Below are positions 25,701 through 37,500 of a stretch of 64,000 nucleotides of DNA, one piece after another. The position numbers and the translations under genes were made by a program. Each line of letters opens with the position of its first letter. The first letter of the stretch is position 1. Under the pieces are notes generated by a model. The model was given only the letters and a program-made list of their open reading frames with translations, ran no database searches and was not told the DNA's origin. The DNA lies in contig NC_088855.1 in the NCBI RefSeq assembly GCF_963853765.1, forward strand, positions 23,994,001 through 24,058,000, written 5' to 3'. The stretch is from Magallana gigas (lineage: Eukaryota).

Positions 25701-28700
25701 AGAAGCTAAGACTGTCAAAACTGTTCACTGATGACCAACAATGCACAACGCAATAAGACCAATGGCAAAAGGGTATTTGAGTGACACAGGTGACCTTAAT
25801 TTTTTTTATTTTAATCTACATGAATTCTCAACTTGATCATCACAGAGCTACTAGCTATTACAATTTTCATTGAAACCAAAATGAGTCACACCATTTCCTA
25901 TCATTTGTACCTGATTGTCCCCATATCCAAGCACTGCAGACTTGTCGTCCTGGGAGTAAATCTTCATGTCACATAAATTTGACCAAAAATCTTCAAAATG
26001 AAAAATAAGGTAGAGTTCCTTTTCCCAGTGCATCAAAAGAGATTTTCACTGATCTTATGTGGAGTGCCACTTGAATTAAATCATTCAAAAATCTGAAGTA
26101 GAAAGTAAATGACAGTTCTTCTTTTTTTTTTTAATCCTCCCAGCATAATTGATTAACTGATAAAAGTGGTCTGGTAAAGTTTATCAAGGTAAATTCAGAG
26201 GGACAGAAAGGTCTGGGAGTGACTGCTTCTAAAACTGCCATTCAATAAACCAAATTGATTTGTATGTTTTTTTGTTTTTGTTTTTTTAATTTTAGGAATA
26301 AAAACTGGCAACTATCAGATCATTTGAATTTAAAAAGCTCTGCAGAGCAATTGACTTCTGTACCAAAAATGCCTGGAGGAAATTTAAATTTTATCAAAAT
26401 ACTCAGTTTTGTATACTTTACTTTAATAAGCATGAGTGATTGTACAGGGATACATTTTAAGTGTTAAATTTTTTTTCATACATTAGTTTTTATGGAAAAA
26501 AATATTTTATCAATCTTGATATACATGTATTTCAGTTTAATAATTCACATAATAATGCAAAAGTTCCATACCAACAGATTTCTTCAGATCTGAACAGGCT
26601 AATGCAACTTTCTTTACTGGATCTAGAAAATAAATGACGAAGTTACTGTTTTGCTTATATTATTTTATCTGAAAGATTCAAGAACTCAGAAATTCTATAA
26701 ATTAAATTCTAATTCTTGGAAATTGAGCAGTATCTCAACCTAAGTATAATATACTAGCTTGTACAGAAAATTGACAACTCCCTTGTACCTTATCAGGTAT
26801 GATTTTAACTTAAACACTAAAACAAACCTACATACATAGTTGAGTTTAAGTTTGTTGTCAATTACAGATGTTTTCATGCAGTAGCAATTAGAGTAAACGG
26901 ATTGATGAAAAAAATTCCTGAAATTTCTCCAATTTTGAGACTTATATGTATATTCGTCCACAGATTGATGAGATCACATGCTTGCCTCACCATAATCTGC
27001 ATAAGTATTTGATGAATCTTATGCTGTTTGCATCAATTTTAACCAGATTGGTTATATCTGGTCCAAATATTATAAATTGATTGAATAATGAATATCATAT
27101 TGTAAAGATATCTCGATAAAATATAGAACTAAACATGTCTATTACTACAATGTACACATTTTTTTTATCATAACCTATTTGATAAAACATATGTGTATCT
27201 ATAAAGACACGGAAATGGTTTATAGCTATTACTCAAAAACATGAAAATATGATTGTTTTTTCTTCATATTAAACTTTTAGAAGCTCTTGCACCATATCCA
27301 GATATAATTTTTATACTATTTTAAACATTAAGGTTCTCGGATCCTCAGCCTCAAAGTATTTTTTCATCATAAACATGTTATTCATCCTTCAAATTTTATA
27401 AATGAAATAAAAAGAAATTTTTGGATGGTTATCCATGCGTTTTACGAGGTTATTGCAATTTTGGCCACGATGAATATGATGGAATAAATAACATATACAA
27501 GTTGAAATCAAATTAGTAAAAAAGGTTGTACCAGTGCATCGGTGGCTCACACCCCTTTACCTTTACGTCATAGATCTCCATGGAGCCACTAAGCCAACGA
27601 GTTCGTTGAAGGGCTTAGCATAATATTAACATTTCAAAACTAATTAAATTTGTCTATATAAAAAGCATTTTTATGGTATGAATGAAAAATTCTGGATAAT
27701 TTAGAGTTATTGAGGATCAGAGATCGTTAAGTACATTGTAACATACTCAGACCTATTCAATAACCTGCACCAGATAGATCAATTGGTACAGCTAAGACTA
27801 CAGATTCAGGGGGCCAGGGTTCAAATCCTGTCTGGCCCATCATTATTTCTCCCACCCTGTTACAGTCCAATCTTAACTACACCCAGCCACTGACCTCCAC
27901 TTGATTCCTTGTCCTCTATGATGAACTGGTAACCATCTGGTGATGTGAGAATATTTTGGCCTCCCTCTTGTGTGACGGAGTAGCCATTTTGTTTGGCATT
28001 TTCCAGGATATTTTTGGAATGTATTGTGATACCCTAAAAGATTGTAACTTATGACATACCGGCATTTGACATTTAATTGGTACAACCTGTAAACATTAAT
28101 GTCAGATATGTTTTTTCCTAAAATGATGCTATCAAATTATTAATGAAACATATACAGTAAAACACGGTTATAGCGAACACAATTATAATGAACTGACACT
28201 TACAGCGAAGTGATTTTCATTCTCTGAGACTTGTTGTACTTGTTGTTACTACATGTTGTAAATTACTTGACGGATATAACGAATTACACTTAAAACGAAG
28301 AAATATCACACGTCCCTGGCACTTCGTTATAAGTGTGTTTCACAGTAAATTGTAATAACTTTCAATAAATGTGTTACATTAAAACATGTTTATAATGAAG
28401 TGCCAGAGAAGGGCGATTTTGCTTCGTAATAAGTGTAATTCGTTACATTCATCAAGTTTACAACATGTAATACATGTACAGTCATGGGGAATAAAATCGC
28501 TTCACTGTAAGCGTCAATTCATTATAATCATGTTCGCTATAACCGTGTTTTAATGTACATTGATTGTGTACTACATTGGTTTTAATGGAAATAAGCCTTT
28601 TACGTGTAAATGGATATGGTTAACACTTTATTCTGGAAAATTTGGGAGTAAAGGGGAATAACTTTAATACACAATATTATAAAGGAAAAAAATTTGACTG

Positions 28701-30753
28701 ACCCAGGCTGCTGTTATATATATAAGTTTCAAAGCATATTGGGAATGTATCAGTTGTCCAGAACAACTTGGGTTAAAGTTCAACATTAACCCAAGTTAGT
28801 CTCAAAGTCTGGCATTTTCTTTTGATACTTGGAGCCCTCTTAAATACCATAGTAAGATGATTAAGCATCATATAACAATATTTATGAATTTGTGATAATA
28901 GGTGTAAATCTATAGAACTTCTTACACCAGCTCGATTAAAATGTAATAGCTATCCATATTTGACCTGAGCTTCAAGTTTGCAAATTAAAAGATAGTCTAA
29001 TAACTCTAAAACCATATTTTAAAGACTAAATAACTGCTCGAACAATTCAGCTTTGATTGACTGACCTTAAAATCATTGCCCATCTGATAAGTTCCAATGC
29101 CATAGTTATAGGTCAGCTCTACCACAAAGTGATTGTCCTCTGGTCCATACCCCACCATTGACTTACTCCATTTTCCATCATATGGCCTGCACAAAAATTA
29201 GTGAAATTTAAATTGAAACATATTTTATCATTACACGTTTCTTTTTCAGTGATATCAACATCACCTTCGCCATTAGCTTCATTAACTACTTGCCCATTAC
29301 ATGCAGCATCACATCCTTTTTCAAATTCTTCGTGTCGTAAAAACTGGAATTAAAATAACAACAGATATAATCATGTGAATTAGCCAGATAGCAATATATA
29401 TGTTTTGAAAAAGCAGTATATTTTCTGTTTTACTTTTTAGTACAGCCAATAGTCCACTGCAATTTATGAATATCAGAGGACTAATTTTGTTCAGGGTTGT
29501 CTCTAAAAATTGAAGTAGGAGGAAGAAATAAAAAAGTAGACTGGGGTTCTAAAAATCTAGCTTATAGCTAGATTGTGTTTGAATGCAATTAATAGACGGG
29601 TACTTACGTCATTTTAGACGGGGAAATTCCCCGCTCCCCGGGTCTTAGAGACAACCCTGTTTGTTGTTAGATTTTAAAGGGGTACTACAGCGTATATACT
29701 CATACAAAAAATCATCACTTGTCAGATATTTATGTTAACTTGTCACATTTTAAACAGGTCCAGTACAATCATTACATTTACCTGCGTAGCTTGATTAACC
29801 TATATAGTTTTATTTACCTACCTGAGGTAGGTTTATTTAGCTACCTTTATTCAATTTTGCATTTTATGTAAAACAGATAAAAAGTCGCATAGAACTGCAA
29901 ACCTATATTTGTACTGTGTAGTTCCATAAAAACAACCCAGAGCAAAATTAGTTAAAACATTGCTGCTTTTAAGCAATTTTAAGGAAAACATGCATTTCTA
30001 TTGTTTGAGTAACTGTATGACACCTTGTGTAAGATGAAACATGGATAAGTGTGATTGCTTCACATTAATTGTGCTGAATTATTACCAATCAATCATTATG
30101 TTAGCCAGAACTGTTTTCTTTCTTATTCCATTTACAAAGTAGCTGCTTGGTAACACATAAACAGTTATACATATATGAACCCCCAAACCTTAAGAACATT
30201 GACTGCATTTGCACAAAAAGCAATATATTTGCAAGTGTTTTTTGTGAATTTCTTTCAGATCAGTTCAAAGATGAAAATTATTGCTGCACCTGAGTGCAAC
30301 TACCCGGGTGAAACTATTGGTGCAAATGCCCATTTAAAACAAAAGTATGATTGAATAGCTAAAAGTAAATAAACCTACTTCAGCTGTTCAGGTAGGTCAA
30401 TAAAGCTATGTACATAAATCAAGCTACACAGCTAAATCCAGCGATTGTACCGGACCTGTTTAAGTCGGATTAATGTCGTCATCTTGTTACTTATTTTTGT
30501 CAACTTGTCATTTCTTTATACCAACTTGTCAGTTGTCAGAGATTTAAAAACGCCAAATTTGTAACAAAATTTGTTTTGCCGCTCACTGTCATCATAATAC
30601 ATGTCTGACAAGTCGAATTACCCTTATTAGGTCTATATTACAAGGGTTCAAGTTGTCACATACTTTCATTCCTAATGCATTTCGTAGGAACCTCGCTGTC
30701 TCTGTTCGGTTACCTATCTTAAAAACAAAGTGAAGTGCTCTTCTTGAAGTCAT
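22774..30753 (-). CDS. GLOD4: Glyoxalase domain-containing protein 4, 294 aa
   Basis: Ten exons (- strand): 30664-30753, 29294-29343, 29066-29186, 27895-28033, 26572-26622, 25911-25990, 24563-24649, 24303-24416, 23711-23797, 22774-22839; phases are consistent. Protein [16 protein letters not shown]...[45 protein letters not shown]...[10 protein letters not shown]...[35 protein letters not shown]...ADKSDEWF matches recalled GLOD4. Confidence 0.95.
25437..25799. mobile_element. Helentron-associated (HINE-like) non-autonomous element in GLOD4 intron 6
   Basis: Starts caaacaagaggcccacagg...gtcacctgag and ends ...caggtgacc, giving subterminal inverted repeats like those at 34790-35835. Confidence 0.55.
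27775..27864 (+). mobile_element. tRNA-derived SINE-like fragment in GLOD4 intron 4
   Basis: A-box-like tagatcaattggt and B-box-like ggttcaaatcc; no complete cloverleaf seen. Confidence 0.55.
28153..28558. mobile_element. Two copies of the tacagtaaaac MITE in opposite orientation (GLOD4 intron 3)
   Basis: Copy 1 begins tacagtaaaacacggttatagcgaacac; copy 2 ends gttcgctataaccgtgttttaatgta. Same family as 3186-3347. Confidence 0.7.
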
Positions 30754-31309
30754 TTTTGTGATACTAAAAAGATAAAGAATGTTGAATAACACCGATCAAA
30801 TTGGCTTGGTGATTTTGGCATTCACGTGAAACTTTGTTTACTATTGCACGCATTCGGCAAACCTCAGACGATTTCTTAGTTTAGATGAGATTGATCGAGG
30901 TGTGCCGAGTGTATTGTACGGTTTCATATTGTTTCGCCACCAGTGTTACAAAACAACACCAGGACTTTTCGGTCCAATAGTAAATACAGAGTAAATACTG
31001 AAATGTCATGAGTTTCTTTCCCTTTCTTCATTATCTTTTATTATAGTTTATTCAAATATGAACTTTGATTGTGAAGAATAATTTATTTTGAAATATAATT
31101 TGCTTGTGTATACAATACAGTCTTACAGAGAGAAGTAAAATAATCCCAATTTCTAATACCTTTTTTGTTTCATCATTAATCTTTAAATATTTTGGTTTAT
31201 TTTTCTTTATGCCTTCCATAGGCATTCCCCATCTTAATCAGTGTACATAGAAATATTTCATCCTTTAGAAACAGTATTGTTTATCTACAGTATTGAACAT
31301 GCTGATTAA

Positions 31310-32508
31310 GGTGGCTCTATACACCACCTTTTGATGACGCTGTACGCAAAGAAGTAAATCTGGAAGCATGCAATTCCGGTACTGGCTTATTTAAACTGAG
31401 GCGAATTGTATGGGGACCGCTCTTTTGAAAATTTTGTTAAATGAATAGATTTAATTTGATAATTGAAAAATTCATTACTTACAAGTAATGTGGTATGTGA
31501 CACCTTCTCGTTGTGTGGTATTATTTATCAAAATAAACAATAAAATCAAGTATAATTTTTTAAATAGTTTCTTTCCCAGCATTTATATGTTACACCGTAG
31601 TGCAGTGGGTTAGTGGGTTCACTACAAACCTGTAGGTCATGAGTTCGATTGCCGTTGAGAGCCATAAATTTTTTAACTTTCCAAAATTTTCTAAAACGTA
31701 TTTTTTGGTTGAATAATGTGAAAGAAAATTCTAAACCAGTGAAAGTGTTTCAATTATAATATACTTTAATGCACATTAATATCGAAAGATGTTCCTTACC
31801 ACCTTAAGGGGATGGGAGGGTTGCTTTGAATCTCTCTCAGGTTGGGATACATAAATCCTATTAGCCTAGTCAATTTTCCCCTTTATTTAGTTGACTTAGT
31901 TTTGCATTAAAGCATATATATTTACTTTTACAGGCCTATATTGAAATACGTATGTATTTATCATTCCAACATTATATTTAGGAAATTTTCTTCAATTCAG
32001 AAATGAAAAGTCCCCAAGGTGTTTGGGCCTTGGAACTTACGAACGATAACCCTTACTTGAGGAACTTTCATACCAAATATAATTAAAATATTTTTTGTGT
32101 TTATTTGCAATGATTTTCATTCAATTTTTTATGTCACATTTATTGAAATACATTTTCTTATAACATCAAGCAACTTTTTCAGATGATTTGTCAACAGAGT
32201 AAGAAAATATGAAAAATTATGTTTTGGGGAAATATTAAAAAAAATTGCAATAATAACATTTTTGAATGTTAAGAAGTGTTATATTTTTTTTATGTGTCCA
32301 AAGGAAATATCCATCATATGACAAAAAAATTTCTCTCAATTTGTTAAAAGCTATCTTTTAAAAAAATATTTTACAAAAACACGAAAAAACATTTAAAATT
32401 CTTTAAAAATACCTAGAGTATCCCTATCATCACTTTAATATTTGATAAGTATATGTTTTGTGGTCTTCTATTGAAAATTGGAATAAACTGTGGGTGTATA
32501 GAGCCACC
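31310..32508. mobile_element. Non-autonomous DNA transposon with a TTAA target duplication (Kolobok-like)
   Basis: Perfect 16-bp TIRs ggtggctctatacacc / ggtgtatagagccacc, flanked by TTAA at 31306-31309 and 32509-32512. No transposase ORF. Confidence 0.8.
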
Positions 32509-34543
32509 TTAAGATGGTGGAGCACCTATGGTGAATTCAAACAAAATGTAACCAATTTTACATATTCCATAAAAGTATGTAATTTACATGAGGACAAGAA
32601 AGTCATTTATTCCTGAAGAAAGATAAAAAACCAACATTCAGCAAATATGAATTTATTCTACGATAACTGAACCACTAGTACGTTATGAATACTTGGTGTA
32701 TTACAAAATATATAAAGATGTTGAGGTAATTTTCTTTGATACAGTGTACAATACAGTGAATGGAATGACAATAGATTTAATCAGTTCCTCTCTATCATTA
32801 CATCAAAGTCTCAACAGAATGATGCCTCAAAGCTGAGTTACATGGAATGCCTTTAACAGAATGGTAGGAGCGAATCGATTTTAAGCCAGCAAGTACATTA
32901 ATCAAAAAAAAAAAATAGAGTCACAAAAGTTTTGTTTTGATCATTAAATACTTGAGATATATACTATTTTCCTGATTGTTTTAAAAAGTATTAAAATCCA
33001 TGGTGATCTTGTGTCCGATAATATTCATAAATGTATGAAAAGTGTATATCATCTTGTACATTGTATGTTCACTTCGATAAAAATTAAAATACATTCAATT
33101 AAATCATAAAAATCCTTTTAGAAAATATCTTACCTTCTAAGTACAACACATACTATTTATACATCAGATTCTATAAGTATCTCTTAAATACATCTTTGAA
33201 ATTGATTACCCTAGTAAATAAAAGTAATAAATTCTCTTTGAAACATTGGTTTTACCTGATTACAGTAAGCTAAAGAAAAAAAGATTGAAAAAAACCCTGT
33301 TCAAATTTACTTCTACTTCATTTCTTTTGCAAAAGCAATAAAATGGAAACATACTATTATATCATCACATATAACTCATATCCTTTTAAATAGCTTTCAC
33401 GGTTTTATCTTAAATTCCTGTCAGTAGTAAGGTTTGCCTAAGAAAGCATGCATTGGATAAAAATTTACTGCAACAACAATTCATAACAAAAACTTAACAA
33501 TAAAATAAAATCATAACAAATGAAATATCATATCAGTGTAAAATGAAGTAAGGTTGTCAAATAGTTGCCGATTTCTAGAACACGTTCCATAGACATTTAC
33601 TGTTAATTGACAGATTTCATTTAAATCAATATAAGCATCACCTGTACAAATATTGTAAATTTGTCAACATTTTGTTTGTTTGATTGTATTTGAATCTAAA
33701 CTACCAAGGAGAAAAAAATAATAAAACAAAAATGAGTATACATATATTTTCCATTGAATATACCCAAGTTGTACGTTACTTCAGTTGGTACATGTATATG
33801 AAGTCAAAAGTCTTTGGGAAGTTTGCCCTGCTGTTAGTTTGGACATTACTTGAATATCACTATCTCTTAATTCTCTTACACAACAATATGCCTAATCGTC
33901 ATCTGATACATAAGGTTCCAAATAAAATAAACAGCTGGATAAGTACTGCACCAACAACATTCGTACATGACACAACTAGAACAGTTTCTCAACACACAAC
34001 CAAAGTCTGCTGGTTCTTAAATTGGATGATTACTAGTAAATAACAAATGTATATAAAAATCTAGCATTAAAATCATAAAGCATATAGCAAATCACAAATC
34101 ATATACATATAAGCTACCAAGGTTTTATCTGATACACTGGCATTCCAACACTCAGACTTGCTTCAACCAGCCAATATTACATGCAATGAAAAAATATGGT
34201 TTTTGCTTTGATTACAATATATAATTCTAAGTTACCGTAATATAAACTACCAATTTTCTCATTCTTTAATATTAATAAATACTGATCATATACTTGTTAT
34301 AATTCGACTTGTCACTCTAAAATCAACTTGCTAACAGAATTAAATGTTATCACATGATGAATGCCACAGATATGACAAATTTATCCTCTTTTGGTCCCAT
34401 GATGCATCAGAACATTTCCTGGGCAACAGTCAGTTTCACTCAGTCCATGGATATGATTGTTTGTCGTGCAGAAACATTGACCAAGAGGCTGCCATATTGA
34501 GTCGAACATCAGAGAAATATTCTTCATTTACATCCGTTGCTTG

Positions 34544-37500
34544 TCAACAGATTTCACTGTCTGTACGACTTCTTGAGGAGGAACCAAAGAGACTATCAAA
34601 ACTGAAAGTAAAATCAAAAAAGAAAGTAAGTTATATATGACAAAATTTCAGATTACAATCTCATTGAAAATTCTTTTTGCCTCTAATTCCATCAAATATT
34701 AATGTTGAAGGATAACAAAAACCAATTTTATGATTTCTTTCATTAAAGTATACATCAAGATAACGTTGTAACGTTGGCAATGCAAAATTAACAATAAGCC
34801 CCAGTGTCGCATCGCTCACCTAAGCAACAGTGGTCAACTGAAATAACTCTGACAACAGCAGCTTTATAAAGTCAAATTTATGTATTCTTAAATTGTTTCA
34901 ATATCATTTTAAGACACTTTGCACCCCCCCCCCCCCCACACACAAACACACCTTTGTAATGTCACATATATATGTTCAATGATGAACCCCAATTGTGCTC
35001 CCTATGGGTCACAGTTTAAATAAATCTAACATCAAATTGGCTATTTTAAATTTCAATCTAAAAATCATATCCTCAATGATACTGAAATGTAAATGTGCAA
35101 CTGGTAACCCCCCCCCCCCCCCCTCTAGCTGACCTTTTGGTTGAAAATATATATATTTAATATGAACTTTTATAATTTCAGAAGCTTAAAATCAATATTT
35201 ATGTAACTTATAACAACCTCAATTTTTCCTCATAAAATTCATTTTCAATGTATTTACAATAAACTTTTTAGCTTATGTACTTTTAAGAATTATTGTTCCT
35301 GACCCACGCAGATCATGACTTTAACAAAACCAAATCTACCATTGCCTGGGTAGCTTATGTACCCATTTAGATATAACATGAATTTTAGGTTCTTGAAAAG
35401 AATCATTTTAAAACAGTCCACATTTCCTATCTTCACTTTTACTTAATTTTTCCCCTAACCCTTCATTTAAACAAATTTCTAAACCTTTATTAGACCCACA
35501 GCATAACTTAACTTAAAAATTTAGTTTACTAGCTTGATTCTTTGTTAATTTTCCTTTCACAAATTACAGCTTTCATGCTTTTTTAAAAAACTACTTCGGA
35601 ATTATAAACTTTGACCCCCTTCTATTCCTTATCCCTGGGAATCATGAAAAAAAATAATGATAAAACAATAAACTATCATATAACAAGAAGCTCATGTAAA
35701 GGTTTAATTTATTCCTATTGCAGTCTTTTTGGTTCTTGAGAAGAAGTTTTTTTTATTTAAACAACAATGACAAGCAATAAACAAAGTTTAATCAGAAAAG
35801 CTCGAACTTCAGCCTTTTGGCTCAGGTGAGCTAAATACATTTTTTAAATGATATACTTTGCACACAACCTGCCAGAGAGGTATCATTGATAAAAATTTCA
35901 TAAAATTTGCAATAAATTGCTTTTACTTATTTACTTTCTAATTTGAAAAGGCAAGAAATAATTTGATACATATATACGATAAACTTATCACATCAATTTC
36001 CAAACTGCTTATAAAACAGGTGTACAGAGAAACAAAACTTGATTATACACATATATATATTAAATAATTTAAACTATCAGCAGGATGAAAAAAAACTTGA
36101 ATAAATGGGATGGGGTGTAAAATTTCGAAACAACCAACATAATATAAATATGGATGGTACACATAGTAAAATAAATTTTATCCTATACTGACTAAGTACT
36201 GATTTGATTATACTACCATCTGATCTGTGTAAATACATGTATGACATGCCGTAATACAAAGCTGTCCTTATTAAAGCTCACACTGTCCTGTGTACAAGTA
36301 CTGACATACGGTATATCTGGAATTTTTTGCGATGATCTATTTTTCGCTTTTTTAGCGACCTCTTTCATTTTCTATAAAAAAACTTTTGAAATCGCAAAAA
36401 ATGACTGATGCAAATTAAAAATGCTATATATTTTCCCCATTTTCGCAAATTTTGTGACACACGAAAAAACCCGTATATACAGTATGTTATTCACGTACAG
36501 CATTCAAAAAATGACTTTTCTTTAACCATATAATCAAAGGAATGTACCAAGGTTTTAACAATATGATCAGTGAATTCTGTGTAAGTAGCATGGTTCAATT
36601 TTGACATACATTCATGTAAGTTTGAATGAATATCAATGAATTTGCTCCAGTTATTAGGATCAATCTATTCATCTTTTATAAATGCAGCATATGATTAAGC
36701 CAACTGTAGCTATTCTTTCTGAAGTAAGTTAATTCAAAAATATGCTGACTTCTTGTATAGATAAGAAACAAGAACCTGGGAGTAGCGGCCATGTCTCTGT
36801 GACTGTATAGGATATCAGTCTAAAACATCTGTGAAGGCTGGAGAAAGAGAGCATTGTTTTTTTTAAAAACTTAATGGCTGTTGATTACTTCTTACATATT
36901 TTTATGTAACATAATCAGAGTTCGCTTGCCAAGTATTAACTAACTGCTCCCCTCCCCTACATGCGGATCATAAACCCTTGGCTAACGAAGATGATGCTAG
37001 TACCTACATATATTTAAGGTTGAAATCATTATCCATGTTACTCGAAGTGTTGACTTTCAAAGAAACTGAAAACCAAATTTGCAAGCTACCAAACTGTGAA
37101 AATTAAGGAGCCCAATTACCGGTACGGTTAAAGTAATAAAATGACACCCTGCCAGGAAAAATCAGAAGCAGAACCGACATTGAAACAACAAAATAAGGTA
37201 AAGAAAAAATACACAAGTAAACTGAATTTCTTGTTTGGGACTGAAAGGTCAACTGGGAGCTGAATTAAAACAACAAAATTTGGACATTGCATACATGTTT
37301 AAACCGGAACACAATCAAATTGACAAAGGTCGGCAAATTAGGTAAAGCATAAAACAGATCACACAGCACTTCCATTCATTATTTTTTTAAATATGTTATT
37401 TGAATATGTAATTTGTATTAAATACATATGAAATGTACATTTATTTGTACACAGTATAACTATTCCTACATAGCATCTCAAAATAACAACAATATTACTG

